A DNA stretch of 64,000 bases, from assembly GCF_044704955.1 (NCBI RefSeq), contig NC_091996.1, positions 97,898,001 to 97,962,000 on the forward strand. Direction: 5' to 3'. Below, in pieces: positions 59,361-64,000 of this stretch. The stretch is from Pristiophorus japonicus. Its lineage: Eukaryota. The translations under genes and the position numbers were made by a program. The notes beneath the pieces are model-generated. The model was not told the origin of the DNA. It did no database searches and was given only the letters and a program-made list of their open reading frames with translations. The first letter of the stretch is position 1. Every line of letters begins with the position of its first letter.

Positions 59361-60390
59361 GGGTTAGATACAGAGCGAGCCTCACTCTGTATCTAACCCC
59401 CTGTACCTGCCCTGGGAGTGTTTGATGGGACAGTGTAGAGGGAGCCTCACTCTGTATCTAACCCCCTGTACCTGCCCTGGGAGTGTTTGATGGGACAGTG
59501 TAGAGGGAGCTTTACTCTGTATCTAACCCCGTGCTGTACCTGCCCTGGGAGTGTTTGATGAGACAGTGTAGAGGGAACTTTACTCTGTATCTAACCCCCT
59601 GTACCTGCCCTGGCAGTGTTTGATGAGACAGTGTAGAGGGAACTTTACTCTGTATCTAACCCCCTGTACCTGCCCTGGGAGTGTTTGATGGGACAGTGTA
59701 GAGAGAGCTTTACTCTGTATCTAACCCCCTGTACCTGCCCTGAGAGTGTTTGATGGGACAGTGTAGAGGGAGCTTTACTCTGTATCTAACCCCCTGTACC
59801 TGCCCTGAGAGTGTTTGATGGGACAGTGTAGAGAGAGCTTTACTCTGTATCTAACTCCCTGTACCTGCCCTGAGAGTGTTTGATGGGACAGTGTAGAGAG
59901 AGCTTTACTCTGTATCTAACCCCCTGTACCTGCCTTGGGAGTGTTTGATGGGACAGTGTAGGGGGAGCTTTACTCTGTATCTAACCCCCTGTACCTGCCC
60001 TGGGAGTGTTTGATGGGACAGTGTAGGGGGAGCTTTACTCTGTATCTAACCCCCTGTACCTGCCCTGGGAGTATTTGATGGGACAGTGTAGAGGGAGCTT
60101 TACTCTGTATCTAACCCCCTGTACCTGCCCTGGGAGTGTTTGATGGGACAGTGTAGAGGGAGCTTTACTCTGTATCTAACCCCCTGTACCCGCCCTGGGA
60201 GTGTTTGATGGGGACAGTGTAGAGGGAGCTTTACTCTGTATCTAACCCCCTGTACCTGCCCTGGGAGTGTTTGATGGGACAGTGTAGAGGGAGCTTTACT
60301 CTGTATCTAACCCCCTGTACCTGCCCTGGGAGTGTTTGATGGGACAGTGTAGAGGGAGCTTTACTCTGTATCTAACGCCGTGCTGTGCTG
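59361..60390. repeat. 65-bp tandem repeat array starting with a fold-back palindrome
   Basis: Same unit as 31015-31440, with an inverted partial unit at 59356-59379. Confidence 0.9.
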
Positions 60391-60889
60391 TACCATGATG
60401 TCGGTGTTTGTTCCCTCCCCTTCTCTCTATGTGGCGGACTGTTCTGGGTTAATTCCAGGACCAGGCTCTCTCCAGTTGATCGTTCGATTGGCCATTGATA
60501 TACACGTTCACACAGTGGCTATCAGCAGGAGCTTTGACGCCAGCCTGATGATGTCCTCAATCGACATTCACCGCGGTCCTACGAGGGTCAATGATCAATG
60601 TACAGTAGCAGAAACCTGTCCATGTCAGGGACACGGAGAACCCAATACTGAGAGCAGCTACATCAGCAGCTGGGGATTCAACGGTATGCAAGGCTGCGTC
60701 ACCAGCACCCGACCTGTGTACCCAGGAACACTCCAGTGTTCACCGTGCTGCCTCGACCCGACACCTGTTCATTATTATCCGCCTCGGAACCTCCTCAGCT
60801 CCACCAGCACAATCATCACCAAAGGGTAAATGACTAAAGGATGATGGGAATCCCCGTCAGCTCCCTGTCATTAAGGACCTTGTTCAGGG

Positions 60890-62470
60890 TCAGCTGGGGC
60901 TCAGTGGGCGGCAAACTCGTCTCGGAGTCAGGAGGTCCTGGGTTCAAGTCCCACTCCAGAGACTTGAGCACAAAATTCTAGCCTGTCACTGCAGTACAGT
61001 GCTGAGGGAGCCCCGCACTGTCGGAGGGGCAGTACTGAGGGAGTGCCGTACTGTCGGAGGGGCAGTACTGAGGGAGCCCCGCACTGTCGGAGGGGCAGTA
61101 CTGAGGGAGCGCCGTACTGTCGGAGGGGCAGTACTGAGGGAGCCCCGCACTGTCGGAGGGGCAGTACTGAGGGAGCACCGCACTGTCGGAGGGGCAGTAC
61201 TGAGGGAGCGCCGCACTGTCGGAGGGGCAGTACTGAGGGAGCGCCGCACTGTTGGAGGGGCAGTACTGAGGGAGTGCCGCGCTGTCGGAGGGGCAGTACT
61301 GAGGGAGCGCCGCACTGTTGGAGGGGCAGTACTGAGGAAGCGCCGCACTGTCGCAGGGGCAGTACTGAGGAAGCGCCGCACTGTCGGAGGAGCAGTACTG
61401 AGGGAGCCCCGCACTGTCGGAGGGGCAGTACTGAGGGAGTGCCGCACTGTCGGAGGGGCAGTACTGAGGGAGCGCCGCACTGTCGGAGGGGCAGTACTGA
61501 GGGAGTGCCGCACTGTCGGAGGGGCAGTACTGAGGGAGTGCCGCACTGTCGGAGGGGCAGTACTGAGGGAGTGCCGCACTGTCGGAGGGCCAATACTGAG
61601 GGAGTGCCGCACTGTCGGAGGGGCAGTACTGAGGGGGCACCACACTGTCGGAGGGGCAGTACTGAGGGAGTGCCGCACTGTCGGAGGGGCAGTACTGAGG
61701 GAGTGCCGCACTGTCGGAGGGGCAGTACTGAGGGAGTGCCGCACTGTCGGAGGGGCAGTACTGAGGAAGCGCCGCACTGTCGCAGGGGCAGTACTGAGGG
61801 AGCGCCACACTGTCGGAGGGGCAGTACTGAGGGAGTGCCGCACTGTCGGAGGGGCAGTACTGAGGGAGTGCCGCACTGTCGGAGGGGCAGTACTGAGGGA
61901 GTGCCGCACTGTCGGAGGGGCAGTACTGAGGGAGTGCCGCACTGTCGGAGGGGCAGTGCTGAGGGAGTGCCGCACTGTCGGAGGGGCAGTACTGAGGAAG
62001 CGCCGCACTGTCGGAGGGGCAGTACTGAGGGAGTGCCGCACTGTCGGAGGGGCAGTACTGAGGGAGTGCCGCACTGTCGGAGGGGCAGTACTGAGGGAGT
62101 GCCGCACTGTCGGAGGGGCAGTACTGAGGGAGCCCCGCACTGTTGGAGGGGCAGTACTGAGGGAGCACCGCACTGTCGGAGGTACCGTCTTTCGGATGAG
62201 ACATTAAACTGCTCCCTTGGATTGATATAAAAGATCCTGCGGCACTATTTCAGAGAAGAGCAGGGAGCTATCCCTGGCAATTGTGTACCCAAGCTCAGTA
62301 GTGCAGGTTACCTGGACGTTCTAATCTTGCAGTGTGTGGGAGCTTGCTGTACAAAGATTAGTGTTTTGTTTCCTACATTACAACAGTGACTACACTTCAA
62401 AAAGTACTGCGCCGGCTGTAAAATGCTTTTGCGAGGTCGTGAAAGGCGGTATATAAATGCAAGTCTTTCT
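60890..62470 (+). mobile_element. Full-length Deu-SINE with long 33-bp array
   Basis: A/B boxes, array ~61000-62180, Deu core and L2-type tail. Confidence 0.82.
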
Positions 62471-62984
62471 TTGGTTTGTATGTAAATGGGTTCACCGAGT
62501 GCGGTTAACACACAGGGAATAGCGGGCCGAGGAACACCATCGCTGTGGAGTGAGCCGAGGCAGGGTTGGGGTTACCAAGAACCCCTGCTGTTCGGGAGGG
62601 AAATATGTGTAGCTGACGACACCAGATCAGCATGTGCCAGAGAGAGGAATAGACGGACATACTGAGCAGTGAGAGGAAGGGTGTGTGGGGCATAAACCCC
62701 GGCACAGACCCGTCGGGCAGAACAGCCTCTTTCTGTGCCGTAAACTCGATGTAAGAGAGTGAGGCGAGAGGTTTAGGGGAAGTTTAGTTACAGCATGGAA
62801 TTCTTCATCTCATGGAACAGCTGAGACAGAGCCCAACGCAGCTTTTAAAGAAACGTTTTGATGCAGAGGCAGCTACGAGTTTACCGGAAGAGAGCGGGGC
62901 AGTGGGATTAGTGTCTGGCGAAGACACCATCAGCCAAACAGCCTCTTGCTGTGCTGTGCACGGCTGTAGTTCCACATTAGTATC

Positions 62985-63500
62985 AGTTACTTGGACATCC
63001 AACATCCCCAGCATCGAAGCACTGACCACACTCGACCAGCTCCGCTGGGCAGGGCCACATTGTGCACATGCCCCCAGACACGAGACTCCCAAAGCAAGCG
63101 CTCTACTCGGAACTCCTACACGGCAAGCGAGCCCCAGGTGGACAGAGGAAACGTTACAGGGACCACCCTCAAAGCCTCCCTGATAAAGTGCAACATCCCC
63201 CACCGACACCTGGGAGTCCCCGGCCAAAGACCAGTCCGCCCTAAGTGGAGGAAGTGCATCCGAGAGGGCGCTGAGCACCTCGAGTCTCGTCGCCGAGAGC
63301 ATGCAGAAACCAAGCGCAGGCAGCGGAAGGAGCGTGCGGCAAACCAGTCCCACCCTCCCCTTCCCTCAACCACTGTCTGTCCCACCTGTGACAGGGATTG
63401 TGGCTCTCGTATTGGACTGTTCAGTCACCTGAGGACTCACTTTTAGAATGGAAGCAAGTCTTCCTCGATTCCGAGGGACTGACTACGATGGTGATGATAA
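62985..63500 (+). mobile_element. RTE-clade LINE 3' fragment
   Basis: NIPSIEAL...QLRWAG, TRLPKQALYSEL and CPTCDRDCGSRIGLFSHLRTH, with a (gat)n tail. Confidence 0.88.
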
Positions 63501-64000
63501 CTGACTTGCAAAATGGCGGACAGGATAAAAAAACCTAGTTGGTCCAACTAACCTTTCACATATATTTATGATGCTTTGTACATTACAATTAATATATCCC
63601 ATACCCTCTCGGTGCCGTGTAATCTCCTGAGAGAGAGGAGATAAACCAGAATAAAACCCCAAGGCCAATTAGGGGGAACAAAATCTGGCAACTTCCTCAC
63701 GTGAGGTGATTAAAATGGCATTGACCATGACTTGCATTACTTGATCATCATCATAGGCAGTCCCTCAGAATCCACTCTTAAAGTGAGTCCTTCGGTGGCT
63801 GAACAGTCCAATACAGGATGTGCCGTTAGGCTCCATCAAAGGCTGAATTCCAGCCGCAGGATTAATCATTGAAGGGAAGCCAACAAAGGATTGAAGCCAG
63901 AGTTTGTCAAGTTGGTTAATGACCACCTCGACGGTGGCCTTGGTGAGTGTTCAGCTGTGGTCAGCGACTGAGTTCATGGGGTATCAGTGAGTGAATGTCC

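Noticed and set aside
60380-60829. 149-aa unique-sequence ORF
   Set aside because: No recognisable domain, no ATG start, and no supporting neighbouring exons.

Overview
Eukaryotic, repeat-dense genomic DNA with three assembly gaps. The repeat content (Deu-domain tRNA-SINEs, CR1, L2 and RTE LINEs) points to a cartilaginous fish, most likely a shark. Almost all long ORFs in the supplied track are artefacts of tandem repeats. Reading splice sites directly reveals a small immune gene cluster that the ORF track misses. (1) A complete, phase-consistent 7-exon + strand gene (5942-17388) encodes a membrane-tethered chemokine. It has a signal peptide, a CC-motif chemokine domain, a tandemly duplicated mucin-stalk exon, a TM helix and a short tail with VRYSRI and a C-terminal TDTV, followed by an ARE-rich 3' UTR. 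This is CXCL16/CX3CL1-type architecture with a CC motif. (2) A convergent - strand gene (44015 to 25381) encodes a receptor with two tandem germline-joined VJ-type Ig domains resembling CD28H/TMIGD2 and the CD28/NKp30 family, an uncharged TM and a Tyr-containing tail. (3) A stalk+TM exon of a third - strand membrane protein lies at 898-1101. The rest of the window holds a decayed tRNA cluster, an internally deleted Gypsy LTR element with a 5-bp TSD, solo LTRs, LINE/SINE fragments and many minisatellites seeded inside retroposons.
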